NCBI GenBank assembly: GCA_964649635.1
Contig: CAZYSF010000612.1
Span: 1 to 35,278, forward strand
Reading direction: 5' to 3'
DNA from: an uncultured Anaerolineales bacterium
GTDB lineage: Bacteria; Chloroflexota; Anaerolineae; Anaerolineales; RBG-16-64-43
DNA: 35,278 bases
This document shows positions 26,378-34,653 of this stretch, piece by piece. The position numbers and the translations under genes are program-made. Position 1 is the first letter of the stretch; every line of letters starts with the position of its first letter. A model generated the notes under the pieces. That model saw only the letters and a list, made by a program, of their open reading frames with translations, was not told the DNA's origin and did no database searches.

Positions 26378-27172
26378 CTAATCCTGTTCCGGAATATTTT
26401 CACCCCAGAGCCTTTCGAGGGTTCGCGCTTTCTCCGCGATCTCCCCGCTTTCGAAATGTTGCATCTCAAACAGCCCGGCCAATTCCGCGTAGAGCGGCGG
26501 CATCTCCAGAATTTCCGCCACCTGCTCGCGCACCCATTTATCGTACGCGATCGGGTACACCCGGCGCGAGATAAACAGCGCCTGCAGGAATTCCCCGAAC
26601 GCGTGCCACAGGCGGTGGAAGGATTGAAAGTACAGGCCGCGCCCGGCATACCCCGGGATATGGTCCAGGTTGTTCATCCCGAACCGGCGCACCATCTCCA
26701 TGCGCTCCCGGCGCAGGTCCTCCCCGTAATACGGCAGCCATTGATTCTTCAACCGCCGCAGGTAATCGCCCCCTTCCCAGAGCGGCACGCTATAGGCCAG
26801 AAGGTTGCCGATCGCCGGCTCAAACGCATCCGGGCCGGAGGTCCAATTATGACCGCCGGGCTCGAACGACCCATCGACGAACTCCAGATCCACCTGCGAA
26901 TATTTTCCGACGGCTCGCAGCGCCTGGAAAACAGGATCGGTCCGGTTGGCGATTTCCCATGCCCGCTCCAAATCCCGCCCCCGGGCTTTCAGGGTTTCCG
27001 GTTTTACGAGCACGGCGATATCCAGGCAGCTGTCGGGGACCGCCTTTCCGCGCGCGCAGGAACAGGTTAAGAGCACCGCCTGCACGTCCGGTTGGCAGCC
27101 GAAGATTTCGACGATGTGCGCGGCAGCCTGCTCGTGCCGGATTGTTGGATATGCGGATTTTATCGTGTACAT
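26378..27172 (-). CDS. nucleotidyltransferase-domain protein (Pol-beta superfamily, ANT/KNTase-like with helical C-terminal domain)
   Basis: LLTCSCARGKAVPDSCLDIAVLV fits the G[S]x(9-13)DxD minimal NTase motif. An approximately 180-aa helical C-terminal part follows. Start at MYTIK (27172). Confidence 0.7.
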   Translation of the reverse strand: MYTIKSAYPTIRHEQAAAHIVEIFGCQPDVQAVLLTCSCARGKAVPDSCLDIAVLVKPETLKARGRDLERAWEIANRTDPVFQALRAVGKYSQVDLEFVDGSFEPGGHNWTSGPDAFEPAIGNLLAYSVPLWEGGDYLRRLKNQWLPYYGEDLRRERMEMVRRFGMNNLDHIPGYAGRGLYFQSFHRLWHAFGEFLQALFISRRVYPIAYDKWVREQVAEILEMPPLYAELAGLFEMQHFESGEIAEKARTLERLWGENIPEQD

Positions 27173-27313
27173 GGATGCTTTCCCACATTGCCCGGCGTCC
27201 GGCGGATAGCCGATCATCCATCCGCACGGGAGTGCGGAACCATTTTACTCGAACCCCCGTCGCGGATGAGGCCAATGGCCATCCCGCCGATTCGGGATCG
27301 TAACGCGGCGCCT

Positions 27314-28201
27314 TTATAAATAGCTTTGCATCGCATCCGTCAACCGGGACAGGTAAGCCTGCCCTTTCACCGTTACCGCGGCGAGATAACCGTACATCCG
27401 CCACAGATCGCGCCGCTCCCGGAAACCGGGGTCTATCGGCAGCTCCTCCCGGTACCCGAGAAAAAAATCCCCGGGGACCGGCTGGAAATAATCGATAAAC
27501 GCCAGATCCATTTCCGGATGGCCGTAGTAAACCGCCGGATCGATAATAACCGCCCCCTCTTCGGTGCTGATGAAGTTGTTCTGCTGGGCGTCTCCATGCA
27601 GCAGGGTCGGGGTGATTTCCGGTCCGCACAACTCCGGCAGGCGGGAAATAATCCTCTCCACCCCGGAAGCCGTGGAAAGCGGCAGGTTGCCGGAATCGAC
27701 AGCCGCCTTCAGGCGGGGCAACAGGCGGTGTTGTCCGTAAAAGATGCTCCACTCCCGGATGGGAGTATTTTCCTGCGCCAGCGGGCCGAAGTAGTTATCA
27801 TGAGGAAATCCGCAGCAATCGGATTTGATGCGATGGATCCGCGCAAGCGTTTTTCCCATCTTTCGCCACTCGCGCGGGCCGCGCTCGACGGGCGTTTCCG
27901 CCACCGTGATGAACAGCATTCCGTCCGCCGCCGGGATGATCCCCACTGGAGCCGGGACCCGGATCCCGGCTTTCGTTGAAAGGTATTGCAGATCGTTCCG
28001 CTCGGTTTCAAACTGATGTTCCGCGTCGGACGCTGCGCTGTATTTAACGAATACCCCGGCCGTCCCATCCGAGAAAATTCCCGCCGGATGGCAGGCTAAA
28101 TCGGAGAGATCCTGAAAACTCTCGATATGCCAGGCCTCCCCGCGGCAGTTGGAAACGGCCGCCTCGAGTGGTCCGCGGACCTGGTTGCTGTTCAGCATCA
28201 T
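27314..28201 (-). CDS. fructosamine/ketosamine-3-kinase family protein (APH-like kinase fold)
   Basis: LLHGDAQQNNFI catalytic loop, IIDPAVYYGHPEMDLAFID, and REWSIFYGQHRLLPRL typical of the PF03881 family. The start is ambiguous among the ATGs at 28210, 28201 and 28198. Confidence 0.85.
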   Translation of the reverse strand: MMLNSNQVRGPLEAAVSNCRGEAWHIESFQDLSDLACHPAGIFSDGTAGVFVKYSAASDAEHQFETERNDLQYLSTKAGIRVPAPVGIIPAADGMLFITVAETPVERGPREWRKMGKTLARIHRIKSDCCGFPHDNYFGPLAQENTPIREWSIFYGQHRLLPRLKAAVDSGNLPLSTASGVERIISRLPELCGPEITPTLLHGDAQQNNFISTEEGAVIIDPAVYYGHPEMDLAFIDYFQPVPGDFFLGYREELPIDPGFRERRDLWRMYGYLAAVTVKGQAYLSRLTDAMQSYL

Positions 28202-28281
28202 GGGATACATTATCCAGTACGGCGCATTCCGGCCATAAAGCAACGGAGTAGGAATCTGTGAGCGCGCGGAATTGCCGGGGT

Positions 28282-29127
28282 TTATTTTTCGGATATTCTT
28301 TTTTCCAGGAATTCATCAAAATGCGCGTAAAACGCCGCCTTATCGGCAAGATGCACATTATGATCCGGATCGGTCATTTCGAACGCCAGGCAATCCGGGA
28401 TCATGGAGCTCATTTTTTCAAAATCCGCATCCTTCACCGCGCCGCTCCCTTTCGACCGGATCAGCAAAACCGGGCATGAGATTCGCGGCAGCCATTCGTA
28501 CCAATCGCAATAGTTGGCAATATTGGCGGCGATGGCCTGGGTGCTGAACATCATCCCGTATCCCTCTTCCGTCTCCACCAGGCTGTTCATGAAGTACTGA
28601 TAGCTCTGTTCGGATTCCATGTCCCTCCGGATGGTCTCCTGCGCCTCCGAAAAACTCTTGAACGGCAGCGGCCAGTTCCCGGTTACGGGATCGACCGGCA
28701 CGATCCTATCCACCGCCAATTCGCCGGCTGGTTCCGGCCCGGCCGCCGATTTATCCAGAATGGCCAGCGCACGGACGTAGCGCGGGTGCATCGCCGCAAG
28801 GTATCCGGCGATATGACCGCCCATCGAGTGGCCGACCAGGATCGCCGATTCAATTCCCAGATAATCCAGGAGGGAGATCATATCGCCCGACATTTCTTGC
28901 GCGGTGTACTTTGAAGTCGGTTTGCCGCTCAATCCATGCCCGCGCAGATCCGGTGCGATGATCCGGTATCGGTCCCCATAATGGCGCATGAAATCGATCC
29001 AGGTTTCCCCCCTGCCCCACCGCCCGTGAAGGCAGAGAATAGCCGGGGCATCATTTTCCGTACCCCGGTAAAAAATATTTATATCTTTCAGATGCGCCAT
29101 TTTACGATGGATCGTTATGTTTCCCAT
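28282..29127 (-). CDS. alpha/beta hydrolase
   Basis: LCLHGRWGRGETW, the nucleophile elbow VGHSMGG (GxSxG), and a C-terminal D...H region. Confidence 0.88.
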   Translation of the reverse strand: MGNITIHRKMAHLKDINIFYRGTENDAPAILCLHGRWGRGETWIDFMRHYGDRYRIIAPDLRGHGLSGKPTSKYTAQEMSGDMISLLDYLGIESAILVGHSMGGHIAGYLAAMHPRYVRALAILDKSAAGPEPAGELAVDRIVPVDPVTGNWPLPFKSFSEAQETIRRDMESEQSYQYFMNSLVETEEGYGMMFSTQAIAANIANYCDWYEWLPRISCPVLLIRSKGSGAVKDADFEKMSSMIPDCLAFEMTDPDHNVHLADKAAFYAHFDEFLEKRISEK

Positions 29128-29225
29128 GCAGGGCGACCTCGTTCACCGTTCCCCAAGCTGGAGTATCAATCATCCGGCGGCGGCCGGTCCGATGATTATT
29201 GGCCATTCCGTCCATGCTGCGTTTT

Positions 29226-29876
29226 CTATTCTTTTTTTCCAAGCAGTTTTAACCCAAAAAGGAACACCCAGAAGAAAAACGGGATCAGGGCCGACCGCTG
29301 GATCAAACCCATCCATCCGGCGAACATATCCGGAACCGCGGCTCCTTTGGAGGCAAACACGAACACCATTACCGCCAGGGCTTCCACCACGCCCAGCGCG
29401 AGGGTCCAACCCCAAAACGATTGCCAGCGGGGATCCTCCCGGAACCGGCGGCCATACACGAAGATAATGACCGGCATCAACAGAAAGACGAAACCTCCGG
29501 CCAGGCCGTGGATGACACCGTGAACGGACATCTGTGCGGGAAGCGTATCCGCAGGGTCCATGACAAACGGCCCGGATATCAGGAACAGCGCCGCTAAAAT
29601 CATCAGCAACAGCTTCCCGGCCCGTGACGCTTTCCCGGTTTGGAATTCGGCGGCGATCCCGCGGGAGAAGGCGAGCAGCAATCCGCCCAACAGTAAAAAA
29701 TTAATAATTTGGATCCAGCCGCGCGGACCGAGGGAAAGGGCGCTGATAAAGGAGTTGGCCGGATCGTATCCGGGGCGGATCAGGCCTTCGACGGTGAAGA
29801 TCCCCACAAACAGCACAGGGGCGAGGATGCCCGCCCACGCCGTGAGTTTGCGGAAAGTATTCGCTGATATGCGCAT
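29226..29876 (-). CDS. DUF998 domain-containing membrane protein
   Basis: RPGYDPANSFISALSLGPRGWIQIINFLLLG is the usual DUF998 N-terminal motif. AGGAGA lies before the ATG at 29876. The 278-aa track ORF is an over-extension. Confidence 0.7.
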   Translation of the reverse strand: MRISANTFRKLTAWAGILAPVLFVGIFTVEGLIRPGYDPANSFISALSLGPRGWIQIINFLLLGGLLLAFSRGIAAEFQTGKASRAGKLLLMILAALFLISGPFVMDPADTLPAQMSVHGVIHGLAGGFVFLLMPVIIFVYGRRFREDPRWQSFWGWTLALGVVEALAVMVFVFASKGAAVPDMFAGWMGLIQRSALIPFFFWVFLFGLKLLGKKE

Positions 29877-29944
29877 CGGTTTCTCCTGTTGGAAAATCGC
29901 GTTCGGGACGGCGCCCCTTCGGACATTCCACGGATTGTACGCCT

Positions 29945-30970
29945 TTAGCGCAACAGCGCTGAGGCGCACCAGAGGACCGGCGCCTGGCCATGCAGGTTGC
30001 CGGTAATGCGCGGGCGGCCGAGGTAGTAATCGAGGGAGTATCCCTTGGGGGTCCCGGCGCACACGTCCTTTACGTTTCCCGATCCGTCCAGCTGCTTCAC
30101 CAGCCCGAGCCAGGCCTTGCGCGCCGCCGGGCCGAAAGTCCGGCCGTCCAGCCAGTTATGCCGCACGCCGGTGATCATCCCAAATGCGAACATGCCCGTC
30201 CCCGAAGTTTCCGGCCAGGCTTCGGGGATATCGATCAACTGGCGCCACAATCCGTCGCCGCCCTGAAACGGGAGCAGCGCCGCCATCATGCGGGTGAAGC
30301 CCGCAAGGATGCGCGCATGGTCCGGATGCTCCTCCGGCAGCGCGCGCAGCAGTTCCGCCATGCCGGCCGCCATCCAACCGTTGCCGCGGGACCAAAAGAA
30401 CGGTGAATCCGGCGCGTGGAAGAAGAGCCCATTCGGCTGCTGGAGCCTATCCAGGTAGGCGGCCATTGCGCGGGCGGCGCGGTTGCGGTACTTGTCGTCC
30501 CCGGTCGCGCGGAAGGCCTGGACCTGCAGGAGCGTGATCATGTACATGTCGTCGATCCAGTAACGGGCTTCGGTCGAGATGCCGTCCGGGGTGGCGGCCT
30601 GCCACTGCCCGTCCGCGAAGCGCAGGCCCGGGTCGAGATACTTCGGGTCCTTCGTCTGGAGATAGATCTCGAGCGGCACCGCCCCAAACACCCGGAAGTC
30701 GACATGGGATTCAGAATTGACGATCCCCGCACCGACAGGCGCCAGAAGCGGGTCGAACATATGGATAAGCCTTTCCAGCAGGCCGGCATCTCCGGCGAGC
30801 CGGGCGAGGTTCAGGGCGCCATACCAGGCGCAGACTTCGGGGTAGTAGACGTAACGGCCGGGCGCCTCTAACGGGCGCGCCGCGAAGTTTTCGGCGGCGC
30901 GCCTGCCGACCTCGCGCGGCGAAGCTCCCGCCGGCCAATCCCGAAATCCCTCCATATAATCAGCGATCAT
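29945..30970 (-). CDS. glycoside hydrolase family 105 (unsaturated rhamnogalacturonyl/glucuronyl hydrolase, YteR-like)
   Basis: ARYWIDDMYM, FFWSRGNGWMAAG and ETSGTGMFAFG are typical of GH105/GH88 (alpha/alpha)6 enzymes. Confidence 0.82.
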   Translation of the reverse strand: MIADYMEGFRDWPAGASPREVGRRAAENFAARPLEAPGRYVYYPEVCAWYGALNLARLAGDAGLLERLIHMFDPLLAPVGAGIVNSESHVDFRVFGAVPLEIYLQTKDPKYLDPGLRFADGQWQAATPDGISTEARYWIDDMYMITLLQVQAFRATGDDKYRNRAARAMAAYLDRLQQPNGLFFHAPDSPFFWSRGNGWMAAGMAELLRALPEEHPDHARILAGFTRMMAALLPFQGGDGLWRQLIDIPEAWPETSGTGMFAFGMITGVRHNWLDGRTFGPAARKAWLGLVKQLDGSGNVKDVCAGTPKGYSLDYYLGRPRITGNLHGQAPVLWCASALLR

Positions 30971-31013
30971 CGCAACCGTCCTTATTTACCGGCGCCCGGC
31001 TTTTTTTATGCGC

Positions 31014-31784
31014 TTATACAATCTGCAACATCTCGTCAAAAGACATATTCACTTCGGCTTCCACCACCGGCTGCATCTCCCGCCACATCTCCATGAATGC
31101 CTCTTTGCGGCGTTCCAGTTCCTCGAGCGTAAAGGCATGCAGCGTCATGGTATCCTGGATGCGCTCCCGGAATTTGCCGGGCAGCCGCATCAATTTCTCC
31201 GCGCAGTAATACCGCCATTTCATGTCCGCCACCAGTTCATTATTCAGCCCGAACAGCATATCGAAGAAATAATTCAATCCCTGATCGAACATGTGGTGGG
31301 CGCTGATAATATTGCCCCGCTCCACCCACAATTGGGTCAATCTATTAATGTACCATTCGGAACCGGTCAACCCGGACATCAACAGCCATTTTCGCTCATC
31401 CGGTTTCAAGGGGACCTTGTCTTCGATCAGCCGTGAAATCCCGCCGCCGGGATCATAATAAATTTTCGCCCGGGCGTAGGTCCACCGCCGCGACATATCC
31501 CAGGGCGCGGCGAGATCGGTTTCATAATCGGAAATCCAGCATTGGACTTCGATACCCTCCACTTTCTGGAACTTGCCGGGCATGGGAGTCTGGGAACCCA
31601 ATTTATTGAAAATGGCGATATCGATGTCGGCCGAGCGGTCGAAATACCCCCGGGCAATCGCCCCCAGAAATACAATCCCGGCGACGTCATCCTGAAGATA
31701 CGGTTTTACGAAGGCTTCGGCGATCCGGACGGCCTTTCCCAGCAGGGCGGGATCGGATGATTGGATGGAGAACGGAGTGCTCAT
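31014..31784 (-). CDS. nucleotidyltransferase-domain protein, second ANT/KNTase-like paralogue-type
   Basis: FLGAIARGYFDRSADIDIAIF NTase motif plus a helical C-terminal domain. The architecture matches 26378-27172, but the sequences are very divergent. AAAGGAG lies before the ATG at 31784. Confidence 0.7.
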   Translation of the reverse strand: MSTPFSIQSSDPALLGKAVRIAEAFVKPYLQDDVAGIVFLGAIARGYFDRSADIDIAIFNKLGSQTPMPGKFQKVEGIEVQCWISDYETDLAAPWDMSRRWTYARAKIYYDPGGGISRLIEDKVPLKPDERKWLLMSGLTGSEWYINRLTQLWVERGNIISAHHMFDQGLNYFFDMLFGLNNELVADMKWRYYCAEKLMRLPGKFRERIQDTMTLHAFTLEELERRKEAFMEMWREMQPVVEAEVNMSFDEMLQIV

Positions 31785-31903
31785 GAGCTCCTTTGATCCA
31801 CGCGAAACGCTCCGTATGAGCCGCACGGGCGTTTCCGGGAATTAATCCAATGCGAAGGTTCCCGGGTATGGCGGGGTTTGGTTCTTCTCGCGCCGTGAAT
31901 TCG

Positions 31904-32215
31904 TCACTTCAATCGCTTTTCAATTTCGCCCATGGATGCCAGGAAGGCGTCCTCCAGGTCGATGGTATTGGCATTCGCCAGCACGATGATCGACCAAAGG
32001 CAATCCGCCAATTCGTGGGCCAGTTTTTCCTGGGCTCCGGGGATCTCCCGGCGGCCGTTTTGCGCCACGATCAGTTTCGCCATATCGCCGACATCGCCGA
32101 TAAACCCCAGCGCCAATTCCTGGTTGGTCCAGGCGGTGCCGAAATGTTCCTCCTCGAACCGCACATATTGGGCGCGGACGGAAAGCGCTCGCGAAATGAG
32201 GGCGTTGAATTCCAT
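31904..32215 (-). CDS. MazG-like nucleotide pyrophosphohydrolase (small single-domain type)
   Basis: About 103 aa. The GDVGDMAKL ... KLAHELADCLWSIIVLAN pattern of acidic metal-binding helices is typical of MazG/YpjD-like all-alpha NTP pyrophosphatases. Confidence 0.78.
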   Translation of the reverse strand: MEFNALISRALSVRAQYVRFEEEHFGTAWTNQELALGFIGDVGDMAKLIVAQNGRREIPGAQEKLAHELADCLWSIIVLANANTIDLEDAFLASMGEIEKRLK

Positions 32216-32448
32216 AGTCTGCAATTCCTTTCTACCGGGAAACGGGCATGAATATTCGAGCGGCCGGTATAGGATGAGCTGATAGTCCGCTCACAAGAGA
32301 ATGGAGGCCGGTTTCGCCGAATTGTCCAAAGGGCCGGCCCCGGCGGCCAGGGCTCCCATGGTTCGACCGTCTTCCATTTGGAATAATTATACTTATTCCA
32401 TGTCTGCGCAGGCCGGAAAAATGAGCACCCGGATATCACCGAAAAGGA

Positions 32449-32490
32449 CCGAAACACCGGATTCTTTATACTTGTGACCGGTGTTTTCGG
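32449..32490. other. orphan terminator-like hairpin in a gene-free divergent region
   Basis: CCGAAACACCGG - 17 nt - CCGGTGTTTTCGG (12 bp with a 1-nt bulge). It is followed by CTCTATTTATTGTTT on the plus strand and by TCCTTTTCGG on the minus strand. No annotated gene reads into it. Confidence 0.4.
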
Positions 32491-32601
32491 CTCTATTTAT
32501 TGTTTCGGTGTTCCAGAATTTGAAGTTAGGCTGAGTAAACGCCCTAGTCCGGACATTAGGCAAGTACTTCGGCGGGCGGAAGCAAGACGAAACGGGAAAA
32601 C

Positions 32602-32633
32602 AGACCTGACAGGTCTTAAGACCTGTCAGGTCT
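32602..32633. repeat. perfect 32-bp palindrome composed of two tandem 15-bp palindromes
   Basis: AGACCTGACAGGTCT TA AGACCTGTCAGGTCT. The whole 32-mer equals its own reverse complement. Each 15-mer is AGACCTG-N-CAGGTCT. Confidence 0.85.
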
Positions 32634-32895
32634 TATGCCGCATTCCGGCGTCCGGTATGGGCGCCCGAATATCCGCCGGAAGGGGTCCGGTCGGGCTCTC
32701 TTGGGGATTGCCTGTGGCATGCGGCCGGGAAACAGGCGAAAAAACCTGCGGCGTCTGAAAGCCGTATGTGTGTTACACTGAATTGCTCCTAGCAATAAAA
32801 GCGTCAATGGATCCCCCGTTGTACTTAGGCCGCCGGATGATCTTAACGCCGGCGGTCACTCAATTCACGGCCCGCGCCGTAGAAGGAAGCAGCAA

Positions 32896-33159
32896 ATGGA
32901 TATCCGAATATACGTTGGAAACCTGGCGAAATCGACCACCGAGGACGAGATCAAGGCTTTGTTCGTCCAGGAAGGTGAAGTGACCACGGTCGATCTGGTC
33001 AAGGACCGGGACAGCGGTCTGTCCAAGGGCTTTGCCTTTGTCACCATGACTTCGCAGGAAAGCGCAGACAAAGCGATCGCCAAATTCAATGCCTATTCCC
33101 TGGCGGGGAATGAGCTTAAAGTAAATGTCGCCAAACCCCGCGTGGAACGCGCGAAGTAA
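32896..33159 (+). CDS. RNA-binding protein with single RRM domain
   Basis: 87 aa. RNP2 IYVGNL and RNP1 KGFAFVTM. GAAGGAAG SD. Confidence 0.92.
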   Translation: MDIRIYVGNLAKSTTEDEIKALFVQEGEVTTVDLVKDRDSGLSKGFAFVTMTSQESADKAIAKFNAYSLAGNELKVNVAKPRVERAK

Positions 33160-33169
33160 TTTCCGCGAC

Positions 33170-33207
33170 AAAACAAAAACCTCGCTCCACCGCGGGGTTT
33201 TTGTTTT
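33170..33207 (+). terminator. rho-independent terminator of the RRM gene
   Basis: AAAACAAAAACCTCGC - TCCACC - GCGGGGTTTTTGTTTT: a 16-bp stem including one G-U pair, with the U-tract built into the 3' arm. It begins 11 nt after the stop. Confidence 0.85.
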
Positions 33208-33453
33208 AACACGATCCCTTGCCGCTCCTCCCCCTGCAACCCGCCGCCATTCGTTTGGGGCGGGCCGGCCTGCGGCGGTCCGATCGGAGGCTGTTTTCAG
33301 CCGGCATGGGTTATTCAGGGGCTTTTTACTTCATTGTATGGTACACTGGTACTCAAGCAATTAGGATTTGTAGGTTCCTTATACCAGTCCTTTTCCGGCT
33401 GGTATTTTTGTTCCTCTTTCTATTGTTCCGTGTTCAGAGAGCCTGAGGCGAAC

Positions 33454-33960
33454 ATGACATTTCAAATCGGCGATAAAGTCATTCATGCGACTCACGGGAT
33501 TGCGGATATCATCAATGTCGAATCCAAAGAAGTATCCGGAATTTCCTCCGACTATTATGTCGTCCAAACCCGGAGTTTGATCCTCTGGATTCCGCTGATC
33601 AACCAGATTAAAAGCAGCCTCCGGCTGCCGACCACCAAAAGCGGCTTTGCAAGCATTCTCGAGATCCTGCGATCCCACAATGCGCCGCTTCCCGAGAATC
33701 GCAATGAGCGGAAGTCGCACATTCACAACCGGCTCACGGACGGCGCGATCGAATCCGTGTGCGGGCTCATCCGCGATCTTTCGTTCTGCCGGAAAAACAA
33801 AAAGCTCAACGACACCGAGACCTCCATTTATAAAAACGCGGTCGTAAAACTCGTGGATGAATGGCAGTATTCCATGTCCGTTTCCCAAGCCCAGGCCACG
33901 AGGGAATTAAACACGCTCTTGGACGAAAGTTATGTGCTTTCGTTAAAAAACAGCAATTAA
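33454..33960 (+). CDS. CarD/CdnL family transcriptional regulator (RNAP-interacting domain protein)
   Basis: MTFQIGDKVIHATHGIADIINVE....SSDYYVVQ matches the CarD_CdnL_TRCF N-terminal domain. The C-terminal helical part LIRDLSFCRKNKKLNDTETSIYKNAV resembles the CarD C-domain. GAGG lies 6 nt before the ATG at 33454. Confidence 0.78.
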   Translation: MTFQIGDKVIHATHGIADIINVESKEVSGISSDYYVVQTRSLILWIPLINQIKSSLRLPTTKSGFASILEILRSHNAPLPENRNERKSHIHNRLTDGAIESVCGLIRDLSFCRKNKKLNDTETSIYKNAVVKLVDEWQYSMSVSQAQATRELNTLLDESYVLSLKNSN

Positions 33961-33967
33961 CCCGCCG

Positions 33968-33990
33968 GCGCCGCCACTCCCGGCGCTTTT
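33968..33990 (+). terminator. weak terminator candidate after the CarD-like gene
   Basis: GCGCCG-CCACTCC-CGGCGC followed by TTTT. The stem is short (6 bp). Confidence 0.4.
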
Positions 33991-34083
33991 GGGCGACAAC
34001 GGCAAATTCATCTCCGCCGGCGTCGAACGCATCGCCGGCGACATTCGCAAGATACTCCCCGACCATTAATCCGAAACCGGTCT

Positions 34084-34563
34084 TTATTTAATGAGCGTCA
34101 CAATGCCGCCGGTCATTTTTATCAGGCTGGCAGGGGTGAGTCTAAAGACCGCATGGGGCGAACCGGCCGCGGCCCATATTTCATCCAGTTTCGTCAGGTC
34201 TTCATCGATGATCGTGAGGATCGGTTCGGTATGGCCGACCGGAGGCACGCCACCGACGGCAAACCCGGTTGCCTGGCGGACAAAATCGGGGTCGGCTTTT
34301 TTCACCGCCTCGCCGATCAGGCTTTGAATTTTCTCCTCATTGACCCGGTTGATCCCGCTGGCGATGACCATCACCGGCCTGCCGGTGGATATGGTCCGGA
34401 AGATGATGGATTTGGCGATCTGCCCGATCGAACAGCCGATCGCGGAAGCCGCCTCGGCCGAGGTTCTCGTGGATGCCGGCAGTTCCACCACCTCCCCGGT
34501 TTCCCCCAAAGCGGTCAGGGCATCCTGAAATTTTTGGGCACCGGGACTCAACGCTTCGGCCAT
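34084..34563 (-). CDS. YbaK/EbsC-type aminoacyl-tRNA editing (trans-deacylase) domain protein
   Basis: KSIIFR, VMVIASG, VGGVPPVGH and the approximately 159-aa size fit YbaK/ProX-like proteins. GGAGA lies before the ATG at 34563. Confidence 0.82.
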   Translation of the reverse strand: MAEALSPGAQKFQDALTALGETGEVVELPASTRTSAEAASAIGCSIGQIAKSIIFRTISTGRPVMVIASGINRVNEEKIQSLIGEAVKKADPDFVRQATGFAVGGVPPVGHTEPILTIIDEDLTKLDEIWAAAGSPHAVFRLTPASLIKMTGGIVTLIK

Positions 34564-34653
34564 TGTTTTTCTCCACCCGCGAATGGATTGCGCTTTATGA
34601 AGCACAGGTCCGTCACCCGGTTCGCGACGACAAACCGGGTTCATTATTCTTAT

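Noticed and set aside
32882-32893. GAAGGAAGCAGC, resembling the conserved SRP (4.5S) RNA domain IV motif
   Set aside because: It sits exactly where the RRM gene Shine-Dalgarno should be. It lacks the flanking GUCAGGUCC and the complementary strand of the SRP helix.
32225-32895. Possibility that the divergent gene-free region is a replication origin
   Set aside because: I found no DnaA-box-like TTATCCACA/TGTGGATAA sequences and no dnaA/dnaN nearby. Gene orientation also returns to the minus strand after 34084, so this is not a global strand switch.
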